From: Candidatus Micrarchaeia archaeon
GTDB taxonomy: Archaea > Micrarchaeota > Micrarchaeia > Anstonellales > Bilamarchaeaceae
Assembly (NCBI GenBank): GCA_046538155.1
Contig: JBKHJL010000026.1
Location: forward strand, 1-15,947
DNA: 15,947 bases
Direction: 5' to 3'
The position numbers were made by a program, and so were the translations under genes. The first letter of the stretch is position 1, and every line of letters begins with the position of its first letter. Below are positions 15,135-15,947 of this stretch, piece by piece. The notes under the pieces are model-generated. The model saw only the letters and a program-made list of their open reading frames with translations. It had not been told where the DNA came from and ran no database searches.

Positions 15135-15689
15135 ATGGAAGATTATGCATGGGTGGTTGAGTATCTCCCTTCAGGAAGGGCTGAAGAGATGAAGAAGGAG
15201 CCCCTTGCCCAGCTTGTGGGCCACCAGTTCTTCACCCTCCTTGAAGCCAGTGTAAAGAGGGAGGCATCCATCCTTGTGGGCACAAAGGTTTTTGTTGGCA
15301 AGGGCGAGCGCGAGGAAATCGACCGGATAAAGAGGAGAATTGAATACAATAACCTCACTAACGGTGCAAAGGAAATCCTCCCTTCTGTGCTGAGGAGAAT
15401 CGTGGAAGAGCGCTCAGAGGTTTTCATAAATTTCCTCAACAAAGCAGGGCCCGTTTCAATGCGCGTCCACCAGCTGGACCTTCTTCCGGGGATAGGTAAG
15501 CGCAATATGGAGGACATAATAAATGAAAGGGAAAAAGAGCCTTTCAAGGATTTTGAGGATGTGAAAGCAAGGGTTTCATCCATCTCCGACCCTGCCGGGT
15601 TTTTTGTCCAGCGGATACTCTCTGAGCTGGAAGGCAAGGAAAGGTACTTTCTCTTTACCAAGCCGGTCCAGCAGCAGAGGCGCCATTGA
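15135..15689 (+). CDS. DUF655 family putative nucleic-acid-binding protein
   Basis: EDYAWVVEYLP.G, FFTLLE, HQLDLLPGIGK, PFKDFED. Confidence 0.92.
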   Translation: MEDYAWVVEYLPSGRAEEMKKEPLAQLVGHQFFTLLEASVKREASILVGTKVFVGKGEREEIDRIKRRIEYNNLTNGAKEILPSVLRRIVEERSEVFINFLNKAGPVSMRVHQLDLLPGIGKRNMEDIINEREKEPFKDFEDVKARVSSISDPAGFFVQRILSELEGKERYFLFTKPVQQQRRH

Positions 15690-15698
15690 TTTTTTACA

Positions 15699-15771
15699 GA
15701 GCCCGTGGTCTAGCGGTTATGACGCCAGCCTTACACGCTGGAAATCCCCGGTTCGATCCCGGGCGGGCTCA
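15699..15771 (+). tRNA. tRNA-Val(UAC), intronless, CCA not encoded
   Basis: Acceptor stem GAGCCCG/CGGGCTC, anticodon arm CCAGC-CTTACAC-GCTGG, T arm CCCGG-TTCGATC-CCGGG, discriminator A. Confidence 0.96.
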
Positions 15772-15773
15772 AC

Positions 15774-15786
15774 TTTTTTTCTGTTT
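15774..15786 (+). terminator. Oligo-T archaeal terminator candidate after tRNA-Val
   Basis: TTTTTTTCTGTTT immediately after the tRNA. Confidence 0.5.
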
Positions 15787-15947
15787 GGGCAGGTTTGGGT
15801 TTTTGTGCCAGGGAAAAAGTTGAGGCGAATTCACCGGAGGTGAATCAGAGGCACATTGAAATTTTTTGCTGCTGTTTTTCACTTTTTACCAAGGTTTTAC
15901 TTATGTCCAAAAAGTGGACACAAAAAACACCGCGCAAAACCCCATTG

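Overview
Archaeal chromosomal window, on the evidence of TBP, eL21-Rpo4-DUF655, Trm56, eL41/eS32, TATA-type promoters and a C/D-box RNA. The LFGC-type lipoprotein signal and Cys-rich surface domains suggest a DPANN/Micrarchaeota-like host (inference only). Most of it is housekeeping: phosphohexomutase, HAD phosphatase, TauE, nitroreductase, UppP, ferredoxin, GT2, TRAM, Hsp20, DUF59 and tRNA-Val. Elements the ORF track misses or does not explain: (1) an AAA_14/wHTH/nuclease-like ATPase gene bracketed by three pairs of TGT-N12-ACR dyad boxes, each pair at a 33-bp pitch; (2) a degenerate-box double-guide C/D sRNA predicted to direct 23S Gm2251; (3) an RHH-PIN toxin-antitoxin module bounded by two identical perfect 16-bp palindromes; (4) a 10-repeat Cys-rich lipoprotein and a start-less triple knottin-framework ORF; (5) two small unannotated ORFs (eL41 and a 45-aa charged peptide); (6) a TBP with unusually similar halves. 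All family calls are from motif recognition by eye; no searches were run.
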